Positions 16,197-24,484 of a DNA stretch of 64,000 bases are shown in pieces (position 1 is the first letter of the stretch; every line of letters begins with the position of its first letter). The position numbers and the translations under genes are program-made. A model generated the notes under the pieces. The model worked only from the letters and a program-made list of their open reading frames with translations. It searched no databases and had not been told where the DNA came from. The DNA comes from Chloroflexota bacterium. Lineage in GTDB: Bacteria; Chloroflexota; Limnocylindria; P2-11E. The DNA lies in contig VBFY01000057.1 of the NCBI GenBank assembly GCA_005889405.1, positions 17,475 to 81,474 on the forward strand, read 5' to 3'.

Positions 16197-17877
16197 GTGG
16201 CGAGTCTATTGGCGCTCCGTCCCTATCCTTGACCGCGTGACCCCCATCGACGCCGAACGGAAACTGCGGGAGCTTTCCTTCTTGCACGAGGTGGCGCAGC
16301 TCGCGTCCTCCGCGCGCGACTGGGACGAGATGCTTCGCATCGTGATCGATCGAACCACCGATGCGATGCGCGCCGAGGTGTCGAGTCTGTATCTCCTCGA
16401 GAAGCGCGAAGGGCTGCTCCGTCTTGTCGCGACGAATGGCCTGAATCCACGTGCCGTTGGCCGCGCCACGCTGCGTTTCGGGGAGGGGATCACCGGGTGG
16501 GTCGCGAACGCGCGCGTGCCGCTTGCGGTGCGCGACGTGCGGAGCGAGCCGCGCTGGAAGAACGTCCCATCGGTCGACGTCGGCCGGTTCACCTCGATGC
16601 TGTCGGTGCCGCTGGTGTCGCGCGACGAAGTGATCGGGGTCATGAACGTGCAGACCGTCGAGCCGCGCGACTTCGACCGCACCGAGATCGATTTCCTTCA
16701 GACCATCGCGAACCAGGTCGCGGGCATCATCGAGAAGGGCCGGTTACAGCGCGAGTCGGAGCGCAAGCTGCGCGAGGTGTCGGCGCTCTTCGAGGTGTCG
16801 AACGTGCTGACGTCGACGCTCGACCTCGACGAGGTCCTCGCGCTCATCGTCGACCGGCTGGTGCGCGTCTACCCCGGCTCGGCGGGCGCGATCTACCTGC
16901 GCGAACGCGACGATGTGCGCGAGCGCGCTCGTTCGGGCGACATCGGAAAGTCGCTGCCCCCCGTGGCGCGACGCGCGATGGCGGAGACGCGGCCGATCGT
17001 CGAAGGCGACCATGTCGCGCTCCCGCTCCTCGCCGGCGATCGGCTCCTCGGTGCGGTCGCGCTGCGCGTGCCCGCGGGCATCGAGCTCGCCGACGAGGAA
17101 GTCGCGTTCGTTGGCGCGCTCGCGAACCAGGCGGCGCTCGCGATCGACAAGGCGGCGCTGTACGCGCTCGAGCGTCAGACCACGGAGCGCCTGCGGGAGC
17201 TCGAACGGGCGCGCACGGAGTTCGTGGCCGTGGTCACGCACGACCTGCGCACGCCGCTGTCGGTGATCCGGGGTTACCTCGATCTGCTCGCGGAGAAGAA
17301 CGGCAACCGCAAGATCCCGATCGACGAGGCCGTCGCGCAGGTGGTCCGCCTCGACCAGCTCGTGGACCGGATCCTCACCGGAGTCCGCGTGGAGCACCCG
17401 GACCTCACGCTGCGCCGCGCGAGGTTCGATCTGCGCGCGACCGCGATCGTCACGCTGAGGGAGCTCGCGCCGATCGCCCGGCGGCACCGGCTCGCCGGTC
17501 CGCGCGAGGGCGCGGCGATCTGGGTGCGCGGCGACCGGCGGCGCACTGCCGAGGTGCTCGCCGGCCTGGTGCACAACGCGACGAAGTACGCGCCAGAGGA
17601 CACAAGGATCAACGTGAGGGTCGAGCGCCGCCGCGACCGCGGCGTCGTGCGCGTGCTCGACGAGGGGCCGGGGGTCGCGTCGCAGGACCGCGCGCGGATC
17701 TTCGAGCCGTACGTCCGCGCTGCGGCGCATGCGGAGCTGCCCGGATCGGGCATCGGCCTCTTCGCGTCGCGCCGCGTCGTCGAGGCGCAGGGCGGAGACA
17801 TCTGGTACGAGGAGAACGCCGGCGGCGGTGGCGTGTTCGCGTTCAGCGTGCCACTGGCAACCGAGGCGCGCGCGTGA
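16195..17877 (+). CDS. sensor histidine kinase with tandem GAF domains
   Basis: Two GAF-like segments, HisKA (VVTHDLRTPLSVIRGYLDLL), and HATPase_c (LDEGPGV...GSGIGLFASRRVVEAQGG). ATG 16195 overlaps the divergent ABC start codon; GTG 16237 is an alternative. Confidence 0.85.
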   Translation: MWRVYWRSVPILDRVTPIDAERKLRELSFLHEVAQLASSARDWDEMLRIVIDRTTDAMRAEVSSLYLLEKREGLLRLVATNGLNPRAVGRATLRFGEGITGWVANARVPLAVRDVRSEPRWKNVPSVDVGRFTSMLSVPLVSRDEVIGVMNVQTVEPRDFDRTEIDFLQTIANQVAGIIEKGRLQRESERKLREVSALFEVSNVLTSTLDLDEVLALIVDRLVRVYPGSAGAIYLRERDDVRERARSGDIGKSLPPVARRAMAETRPIVEGDHVALPLLAGDRLLGAVALRVPAGIELADEEVAFVGALANQAALAIDKAALYALERQTTERLRELERARTEFVAVVTHDLRTPLSVIRGYLDLLAEKNGNRKIPIDEAVAQVVRLDQLVDRILTGVRVEHPDLTLRRARFDLRATAIVTLRELAPIARRHRLAGPREGAAIWVRGDRRRTAEVLAGLVHNATKYAPEDTRINVRVERRRDRGVVRVLDEGPGVASQDRARIFEPYVRAAAHAELPGSGIGLFASRRVVEAQGGDIWYEENAGGGGVFAFSVPLATEARA

Positions 17878-18542
17878 CGAGCGTCCTGGTCGTCGACGAC
17901 GAGCGCGCGATGGTCGGCATGGTGGCGGCGCTCCTCGGAGAGGATGGCTACGAGGTGGTCACCGCGTACGACGGCGAGGCGGCCCTGAGGCGGCACGCCG
18001 AAGAGTCACCTGACCTCGTCATCCTCGATCGCGGCCTGCCAAAGCTCTCCGGCGACGAGGTCTGCCGGCGCATTCGCGCCACGTCGTCGACGCCGATCCT
18101 CATGCTCACCGGCGAGAAAGGCAGCGACGAGCGCGCGCGGCTCCTTGACCTCGGCGCCGACGACTACCTCGAGAAGCCCTTCTCGAAGAAGGAGCTCTCC
18201 GCGCGCGTGCGCGCCCTGCTGCGTCGCGCCGTTCCCGCGGCGCGCTCGCGGCCCGCGGCCTCGATCGGAGAGCTCACGGTCGATGCGCGCGCGCATCAGG
18301 CGACCGTCGCGGGCGAGGCGCTCGATCTGACGCCGACCGAGTTCCGACTGCTCGCCGCGCTCGCGACCCGCCCGGGTGAGGTCGTGGATCGCCGCGCGCT
18401 GCTCCGCGCGGGCTGGCCGGAAGAGCGCGACCCCGACCCCGAGTGGCTCAAGGCGCACCTCGCGCGTCTTCGCTCGAAGCTCGACGGCGCGGGCGCGCCT
18501 GCGCTCTCCAACGTTCGCGGCGTCGGCTATCGCCTCGGCTAA
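17874..18542 (+). CDS. OmpR-family response regulator
   Basis: Receiver domain (VLVVDDE...ILDRGLP...) plus winged-helix C-terminus (LTPTEFRLLAALA...VRGVGYRL). GTG overlaps the kinase stop (GTGA). Confidence 0.9.
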   Translation: MTSVLVVDDERAMVGMVAALLGEDGYEVVTAYDGEAALRRHAEESPDLVILDRGLPKLSGDEVCRRIRATSSTPILMLTGEKGSDERARLLDLGADDYLEKPFSKKELSARVRALLRRAVPAARSRPAASIGELTVDARAHQATVAGEALDLTPTEFRLLAALATRPGEVVDRRALLRAGWPEERDPDPEWLKAHLARLRSKLDGAGAPALSNVRGVGYRLG

Positions 18543-18567
18543 CCCCGCGGGGATCGCCCCGCCGATC

Positions 18568-19119
18568 GTGTGCGCGGCGCTGAACTTCGCCGCCGCGTTC
18601 GCTTTGCTCTTCGTGCTCGCGCCGGCGACGCCGCTCGTCGCCGATCCGGTGCAGCGTCTTGTCTACGTGGGTACGCATCTGCTCGAGTGGCGCCTCGGCT
18701 GGCTGACGTGGATCGCCGCGGCGCTGTCGCTTCTCTGGTTCTACTGGTGGTGGCGTGCCCGCGTGAGCGCGTCATACGTCCCCCTGATCTTCGGCGGGCT
18801 CGGACTGCTCGCCGACGTGACCGCCGAGCTCATCCTCGTCGTGGGCGGCGTCGAGACGTACATCACGATGTCGCCATTCGCATTCGCGCTCACCGGCGGG
18901 GTGGCGAACGGCCTGTATACGATCTGCGGCATCGGCCTCACGCTCGCGACCCCGCTCACCAGACGCGCGCGCGCGGTCGCAGCCGTCATGTGGGCCGCGG
19001 GCGTCGCACTCAGCGTCGGCGCGTTTCTCGATATCCCCGTCCTCACCGCGGGCGCCAGCGCGCTGTTGTTCGCGCTCTTCTGCCCCTGGTGCCTGTATCT
19101 CGCGGTGAGGTTCCGCTGA
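18568..19119 (+). CDS. hypothetical integral membrane protein
   Basis: ~184 aa, 5-6 TM helices with Trp-rich loops (LLWFYWWWRAR); GTG start 26 nt after the regulator gene. Confidence 0.5.
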   Translation: MCAALNFAAAFALLFVLAPATPLVADPVQRLVYVGTHLLEWRLGWLTWIAAALSLLWFYWWWRARVSASYVPLIFGGLGLLADVTAELILVVGGVETYITMSPFAFALTGGVANGLYTICGIGLTLATPLTRRARAVAAVMWAAGVALSVGAFLDIPVLTAGASALLFALFCPWCLYLAVRFR

Positions 19120-20051
19120 GGCGCGTCGTCGTCATCGGCGCGGGCTTCTTCGGCCGCGTGATCGCGCGCCGCCTCGCGGCTGTCGGCATCACGCCGGTGG
19201 TCGCGTCGCGATCGCGCGGCGACGTGCGCGTCGACGTCGAGGACGACCGTGCGATCCGCGAGGTCCTGCGTCGGGCCGACATCGTGATCGACGCCGTTGG
19301 GCCGTTCCAGACGCGCTCGACCCGTCTGGTCGAAGCCGCGATCGGGATCGGCTGCGACGTGGTCGACCTGTCGGACTCACTGGCCTACGCGCGCGCCGTC
19401 CTCGCGCTCCACGATCGCGCCGCGTCCGCCGGTGTGCGGCTCTTCACGTCGTGCAGCGCGATCGCGACGGTGGCCGCCTCGGCGATCCGCGCGAGCGGCG
19501 GCGCCGCGCCGGAGACCTGCGATCTCTTCCTCGCGCCGGCGTCCGCCGAGACAGCCAACCCCGCGACGGTGCGTGCGTTCCTCGCGTCCGTCGATCGGTC
19601 GCGCTCGCGCGAGTTTCCTGCCGACCGTCGGCGCGGTTATCGGGTCGAGACGGCCGCTGCGGCGCTCCTCCCGCGTTCCTGGCCGAGCCTGCGCTTCGTC
19701 GACTTCTGGGTCGATCCGAACGCGCCGTTCGCCGCGAAGTCTCTCGCGCTCGCGTCGCGGTTCGGCCTCATGAGCCTGCTGTCGGCGGTCGCGCCGCTCT
19801 CCGCGCGTGTCCTCGGCCGGCGTGAAGGCTCCTTCTCTGTCGCGCTCAGCGCCGGCGGACGCTATTCGCTCGTGCGACTCGCCGCGCCGCGCGGCAGCTA
19901 TCTCATCGCCGCGGAGCCCGCCGTGCTTGCGGCCGAGTCGCTCGCCCGCGGCGCCACGGTCGCACCCGGTGTCGTCCCGAGCGACGCGCAGGTCGATCCA
20001 ACGGCGCTCTTCACGCGTCTACGGGAGCTCGGCGTGGACGTGCGCACCTAG
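19116..20051 (+). CDS. saccharopine dehydrogenase-like NAD(P)-binding protein
   Basis: Rossmann motif VVVIGAGFFGRVIARRL; only CTG 19116 or GTG 19088 are in-frame starts near the motif. Confidence 0.55.
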   Translation: MRRVVVIGAGFFGRVIARRLAAVGITPVVASRSRGDVRVDVEDDRAIREVLRRADIVIDAVGPFQTRSTRLVEAAIGIGCDVVDLSDSLAYARAVLALHDRAASAGVRLFTSCSAIATVAASAIRASGGAAPETCDLFLAPASAETANPATVRAFLASVDRSRSREFPADRRRGYRVETAAAALLPRSWPSLRFVDFWVDPNAPFAAKSLALASRFGLMSLLSAVAPLSARVLGRREGSFSVALSAGGRYSLVRLAAPRGSYLIAAEPAVLAAESLARGATVAPGVVPSDAQVDPTALFTRLRELGVDVRT

Positions 20052-20059
20052 AGTGATGC

Positions 20060-20250
20060 TCGTGCCACGCTCGCGGACGACGTCTTGCGCGACCTCTTCG
20101 TGCGCGCTGACGCCAGCGCGCTGGATCTGCTCGCTGGGTCGCGCATGACCTGGAACGCATGGGGGACCGCATCCAGAACATCTGCGAGCGGACGGTGTAC
20201 GAGGTCACGGGCGTGATGCGCGAATTCACCTCACACGGCCCGCGCCAACC
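20060..20250 (+). pseudogene. phoU-like C-terminal remnant (frameshifted)
   Basis: Frame 2 reads ...VLRDLFVRADASALDLLAGS. Shifting -1 gives DLERMGDRIQNICERTVYEVTGVMREFTSH, matching the PhoU repeat-2 signature (LERIGDHAtNIAE.VvY.VtG). No intact ORF; only ~65 codons remain. Confidence 0.35.
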
Positions 20251-20256
20251 GGAAGA

Positions 20257-20682
20257 ATGACCCCGCTTCGAGTCCTCTTCCTCTGCACGCACAACTCCGC
20301 GCGCTCGCAGATGGCCGAGGGATTCCTGCGCGATCTCGGCGGGGATCGCTTCGAGGTCGCGAGCGCGGGCACCGAGGCGCGCGGCCTGAACCCGCTCGCG
20401 GTGCAGGCGATGGCGGAGGAAGGCATCGACATCTCGCTGCAGGAGTCGAAGACGCTCGACCGCTACACCAGCGAGCCGTTCGATCTCGTCATCACCGTGT
20501 GCGACGAGGCGAATGAGGCGTGCCCGTACTTCCCGAACGCGAAAGAGCGCCGCCACTGGTCGTTCCCGGACCCCTCCGCCGTCCAGGGCGATGACGAGAC
20601 GCGCTTCGCCGCGTTCCGTGTCGTGCGCGACGCCGTCCGCGAACGCATCGAGCGCGAGCTGCTGGCGGTGCGCGCGGGCTGA
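20257..20682 (+). CDS. arsC: arsenate reductase (LMW-PTP / thioredoxin-coupled type)
   Basis: VLFLCTHNSARSQMAE P-loop (CX5R) plus the downstream Cys pair (CDEANEACP); 141 aa. Confidence 0.85.
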   Translation: MTPLRVLFLCTHNSARSQMAEGFLRDLGGDRFEVASAGTEARGLNPLAVQAMAEEGIDISLQESKTLDRYTSEPFDLVITVCDEANEACPYFPNAKERRHWSFPDPSAVQGDDETRFAAFRVVRDAVRERIERELLAVRAG

Positions 20683-20696
20683 GGCCGGAGGCGGCC

Positions 20697-21449
20697 TCAG
20701 AACGCGATCAGCGGTCGCCACGTCCCGAGCGCCACGCTGAGAGATGTCGCGCCGGCGGCGAGCAGCAGCGCGCCCGCGACGAGCCCACCGTCGGGCAGCG
20801 TGAGCGCGCGCGGTCGAGCGAGCGTCCGGCACTCGCGCGAGCCGAAACCGCGAGCGTCCATCGCGAGCGCGAGTCGCGTCGCGCGCCGGATCGCCGCGAC
20901 GAGCAGCCCGAGCGCCCGACCCGGGAAGGCGCGGAACCGGTCGACGATCGTACGGTCGGCCTCGATGCCACGCGCGCGCCGCGCGAGACCGAGCACGTCC
21001 CATTCACGCGAGAACAGCGGGAACAGGCGGAACGCCGCGAGCGCGCCGACGACGAAGCGCGAGGGTGCATGGGCGTGCTCGACCAGCGCATCGGCGAGAT
21101 CCGTCGGGTCGATCGTCGCGACCGCGAGCATGCCCGCGAGAGAGATGCCGATGATCCGGAGCGCGATCGCGGCGCCGGCCACCGCGCTGTGCGAGAGGAG
21201 CGCGTTGAAGACGCCGAGGCTGGCCGCGCCGATGAGGAGTGGCACGGCGCGCGCGGCGAGCGAGCGCGGCGGGAGCCCGCTGAAGCGCGCGGCGACGAGC
21301 AGCGCCGCGACCACGATGCCTGAAGTGACGAGGTCGACGGTGATGAACAGCGCGAGCATGAGGACGAGCGCGGCGACGATCTTGGCGATCGGATGCGGGC
21401 GCGCGAGCGGAGCGGCCGGATCGGCGATGAGCGGCTGGAGCAGCCTCAC
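20697..21449 (-). CDS. ykoC: ECF transporter T component (CbiQ/EcfT; YkoC-like)
   Basis: ~250 aa with 5-6 TM helices and the conserved ARG..(E) region. GTG start overlaps the ATPase stop (GTGA). The rest of the 484-aa track ORF upstream is non-coding-like. Confidence 0.75.
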   Translation of the reverse strand: MRLLQPLIADPAAPLARPHPIAKIVAALVLMLALFITVDLVTSGIVVAALLVAARFSGLPPRSLAARAVPLLIGAASLGVFNALLSHSAVAGAAIALRIIGISLAGMLAVATIDPTDLADALVEHAHAPSRFVVGALAAFRLFPLFSREWDVLGLARRARGIEADRTIVDRFRAFPGRALGLLVAAIRRATRLALAMDARGFGSRECRTLARPRALTLPDGGLVAGALLLAAGATSLSVALGTWRPLIAF

Positions 21450-22876
21450 GCGGCACGACCGCCTGCTAGGCGCAGTGTCCGGTCGGCGAGCGAGGTGACG
21501 AGGTCTTCGTCGTGCGTCGCGAAGAGCGCAGCGCCGCCGCCGTCGCAGTGCGCGGCGAGGAGCGCGACGAGCTCGGCGTAGGTGCGGCGGTCCTGGCCGA
21601 AGGTCGGCTCGTCGAGCACGAGCAGGGGAGGAGCCGTCGCGAGCGCGGTCGCGACCGAGAGGCGGCGCTGCTCTCCGCCTGAAAGCGTGAACGGATTCGC
21701 GGCCGCGAGGTGGGTGAGATGCAGCCGCTCGAGGAGATCCATCGCGATCCGCCGCGCGTCCGGCGCGTAACGGCCAGCGCGCAGCGGACCGACCATGAGC
21801 TCCTCGTCGACGCGACCGGTCACGAACTGATGCTCCGGATCCTGGAAGACGGTGCCGACATGCGCGACCAGTCGTCGCGCCGGCAGCGACCACGGCTCGG
21901 CGTCCTCGAGCGCCACGCGTCCGCGCGCTGGTCGCAGCAGCCCCGCGACGAGGAGCGCGAGCGTCGACTTGCCGGAGCCGTTCGGTCCGGTCACGGCGAG
22001 GGCCTCGCCCGCGCGTACCACGAGGTCGACGCCGGCGAGCGCCCAGGTCTCCGCGCCCGGATAACGGAACGCGATGTCGTCGGCGCGCGCGAGGTCCGCG
22101 CCGAACGCCGTGCGTCGCGTCGGCGCCGCGGGCGGCGGACCGGGCACCCACACGCCGAGCTCTGCGAGCCGCGCGCCGTAGCGCGCGAACACCTCCTGCG
22201 GAGCACCGTCCGCCACGACGCCGGCGCCCGCCTCGATCACGACGACGCGATCGACGAGCGGCAGCGACTGCGCGACGCGGTGCTCGACGAGCACGAGCGT
22301 CATGGCGCTCAGGTCGGCGAGCGTTTCCCTTACCAGCTCCGCGCCGACCGGATCGAGATTCGCCGTCGGTTCGTCGAGCAGCAGCAGGCGCGGGCGGAGC
22401 GCGAGCCCTCCGGCGATCGCCAGGCGCTGCTTCTCACCGCCGGAGAGCGCCGCCGTCGGCCGGTCCTCCGGATACGGGAAGTGCACCTGCGCGAGCGCGC
22501 GGTGCACCCGCGGCCAGATCGCCTCGGTGGGGACGCAGTGATTCTCGAGACCGAACGCCACGTCGTCGCCGGCGCGCGCCATCACGAGCTGCGTCTCGGG
22601 ATCCTGGAACACGATGCCCGTCGAGTCACGCGCGTCGTGGGGCGGGCGTCCGTCGACCCGGAGCTCGCCCTCGGACTCACCGCCCCCGCTCGTGTCGAGC
22701 AGGCCGGCGAGGGCCGCGAGCAGCGTGCTCTTGCCCGCGCCCGATGCCCCGAGCAGTAGCACGCGCTCGCCGGGACGGATGCGCAGATCGAGGCCGCGGA
22801 TCGCCCAGGCCCGGCGCCCCGCGTGGCGCCAGCCCCAGCCGCGCGCTTCGATCGCCGCCCCCTCGCCGCCCGTCAC
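21446..22876 (-). CDS. ykoD: ECF transporter duplicated ATPase (fused EcfA-EcfA'; YkoD-like)
   Basis: Two complete ABC cassettes: GASGAGKST/LSGGEKQR/LLLDEPTANLD and GPNGSGKST/LSGGEQRR/LVLDEPTFGQD. Confidence 0.9.
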   Translation of the reverse strand: MTGGEGAAIEARGWGWRHAGRRAWAIRGLDLRIRPGERVLLLGASGAGKSTLLAALAGLLDTSGGGESEGELRVDGRPPHDARDSTGIVFQDPETQLVMARAGDDVAFGLENHCVPTEAIWPRVHRALAQVHFPYPEDRPTAALSGGEKQRLAIAGGLALRPRLLLLDEPTANLDPVGAELVRETLADLSAMTLVLVEHRVAQSLPLVDRVVVIEAGAGVVADGAPQEVFARYGARLAELGVWVPGPPPAAPTRRTAFGADLARADDIAFRYPGAETWALAGVDLVVRAGEALAVTGPNGSGKSTLALLVAGLLRPARGRVALEDAEPWSLPARRLVAHVGTVFQDPEHQFVTGRVDEELMVGPLRAGRYAPDARRIAMDLLERLHLTHLAAANPFTLSGGEQRRLSVATALATAPPLLVLDEPTFGQDRRTYAELVALLAAHCDGGGAALFATHDEDLVTSLADRTLRLAGGRAA

Positions 22877-22886
22877 GCGGAGGACT

Positions 22887-23468
22887 CTAGATGCGCTGCT
22901 GCGTCCTGCCTGATGGGAACTGCGCGAGGACTCCCGTCTGCACCAGCGCGCGGACCAGCCAGGCCGAGCCGATGCCCGCGATGATCACGGCGGAGACGAG
23001 CATGAACGCGCCGATGACGAGCTGATCGACCAGGGCAAGCTCGGCGTAGTAGAGCGGCGTGTCGTGGATCCACGCGCCGACCGCCGCAAGCGCCGCCGCG
23101 AGCGCCGCCGCGAAGAGATCGAAGCGCCGGTAACGGAACAATGCGAAGCCGAGCTCCGCACCCGCCCCCTGGAACAGACCCGAGAGTGCGGCGTCGAGAC
23201 CCCACTGCGATCCGAGGACGAGCGACACGCTCGCCGCGACGAGCTCCGCGAACAGCGCGGCGCCGGGTTTCTGCACGACGAGGCCCGCGACGACACCGGC
23301 GGCGAGCCAGGTGCCGTACAGGATGTTCTGCGCCGGCGGGACTGCCGCGAATGCGGGACCGGTCGCGGCCCAGAGCGCGTTCCAGGCCCAGAACACGACG
23401 CCGAACGCGACCGCGATCGCCGCCGTGACCACGATGTCGACCGTACGCCAGGACATTGACCGATTCAC
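22887..23468 (-). CDS. ykoE: ECF transporter S component (YkoE-like; thiamine/HMP-related by context)
   Basis: ~190 aa, 5-6 TM helices; GTG start (GGAGG-6nt-GTG) overlaps the TPK stop by 4 nt. It is the first gene of the S-A-T trio behind the TPP riboswitch. Confidence 0.65.
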   Translation of the reverse strand: MNRSMSWRTVDIVVTAAIAVAFGVVFWAWNALWAATGPAFAAVPPAQNILYGTWLAAGVVAGLVVQKPGAALFAELVAASVSLVLGSQWGLDAALSGLFQGAGAELGFALFRYRRFDLFAAALAAALAAVGAWIHDTPLYYAELALVDQLVIGAFMLVSAVIIAGIGSAWLVRALVQTGVLAQFPSGRTQQRI

Positions 23469-24115
23469 GCGACACCTCCAGTTGCTATTTCGATGACGAG
23501 CAGCACGCCCCGGTCGCACGCGACCGAAGCGGGCCGAGACATCACGACGTTCGAGAGGCCGCGAGCCGCGCCGAAGGGCAGCGTCTCACCGGCCAGCGCG
23601 TAGCGAAGACCCTGCGTGCGTACGCCCTCGGCGTTGCCGCGCAGTGCGAGCAGGGTGACGACATCGCCGACGCTCCCAGCGAGCTCTAGGTGCTCGCCTC
23701 CATGCAGCGGCCGCGCGACGACGTTGCCGTGCACGGCACGCAGTCCGCGCCCGCGGTACGCGTCGTCGGCGAGGAGCAGCGTGTTCGCGAGCTCGTGGTC
23801 GAAGCGCTCTCCGCCGAAGATCCCGAGCAGCACGATGTCGTCTGGCTTCGTCTTCAGCACATGTGCGACAGCGAGCTCCAGATCGGACTCGTCCTTCTCA
23901 GGGGAGAACGGCAGCACCGTGACGCCTCGGGCGCTGAACTCTGCGGCGCGCTCGAGCCCCAGCGAGTCGAGATCGCCGACGATCGCGTGGGGAAGGACAT
24001 CCCACCGCTCGAGCGCGAGCGTGCCGCCGTTCGCCGCGACGATGAGGTCCGCGCCCTTCAGCTCGGCGCGGTCGCGCGGATCGACGTCGCCGTGAGCGAC
24101 CACGACGGCCTTCAA
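23465..24115 (-). CDS. thiN: thiamine pyrophosphokinase
   Basis: MKAVVVAHGD..., IVAANGG, DLDS and KDESDLELA motifs; TTG start right after the riboswitch terminator. Confidence 0.8.
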   Translation of the reverse strand: MKAVVVAHGDVDPRDRAELKGADLIVAANGGTLALERWDVLPHAIVGDLDSLGLERAAEFSARGVTVLPFSPEKDESDLELAVAHVLKTKPDDIVLLGIFGGERFDHELANTLLLADDAYRGRGLRAVHGNVVARPLHGGEHLELAGSVGDVVTLLALRGNAEGVRTQGLRYALAGETLPFGAARGLSNVVMSRPASVACDRGVLLVIEIATGGVA

Positions 24116-24120
24116 TGAAC

Positions 24121-24146
24121 AAAAAAGCGGCGCATCCGAGCGCCGC
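24121..24146 (-). terminator. riboswitch expression-platform intrinsic terminator
   Basis: Minus strand: GCGGCGC-UCGGAU-GCGCCGC followed by UUUUUU, 5 nt before the thiN TTG start. Confidence 0.6.
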
Positions 24147-24161
24147 AGCGAGGTCTCACGC

Positions 24162-24251
24162 GTTCCGACTCCCTACGCTGACATTACTCAGATCAGGTTC
24201 TGGGGTCTGCGGATCACCGCACTCTCAGCGCCCGTGGGCGCTCCCCCGTCG
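24162..24251 (-). promoter_or_regulatory. TPP (THI-box) riboswitch aptamer
   Basis: Minus strand: GGGGAGCGCC...CUGAGA...ACCCCAGAACCUGAUCUGAGUAAUGUCAGCGUAGGGAG. This matches GGGG.GCC / CUGAGA / ACCC / GAACCUGAUCUGGAUAAUGCCAGCGUAGGGA nearly base for base. Confidence 0.85.
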
Positions 24252-24349
24252 TATTCAGTTGTCGCCCTCAGTGTACGCGCGTAGCTCCTGACACGCGAAC
24301 GCGGACGCACGGCGACGATGCCGCACGTCCGCGATGCGACCGCGTGGTG

Positions 24350-24472
24350 TTAGGCGGCCTTCGCCTCAGCGACCTTCTTGACCGTCTTGATATGGACGAC
24401 CTCGGCCTTCGTGGGGGCGATGAGCCACGCCACCACCAGGACCGCGAACGACGCGAAGGCTGCGAGTTCCAT
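24350..24472 (-). CDS. 40-aa single-TM peptide immediately downstream of amt
   Basis: MELAAFASFAVLVVAWLIAPTKAEVVHIKTVKKVAEAKAA; AGGGAGG SD 5 nt before the ATG, 12 nt after the amt stop; below the track cutoff. Confidence 0.4.
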   Translation of the reverse strand: MELAAFASFAVLVVAWLIAPTKAEVVHIKTVKKVAEAKAA

Positions 24473-24484
24473 CTCGACCTCCCT

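Noticed and set aside
16497-18542. 681-aa plus-strand ORF
   Set aside because: Only the final 222 codons (response regulator, from GTG 17874) are protein-like. Upstream it is an alternative frame of the histidine kinase gene.
20697-22151. 484-aa minus-strand ORF
   Set aside because: Composite: the C-terminal 250 aa are the real ECF T component. The N-terminal part is an out-of-frame read through the ATPase gene.
23469-23600. Possible riboswitch immediately upstream of the ECF S-component gene
   Set aside because: The interval is inside the thiamine pyrophosphokinase coding sequence and only loosely resembles the THI-box. The true TPP riboswitch is upstream of thiN at 24162..24251.
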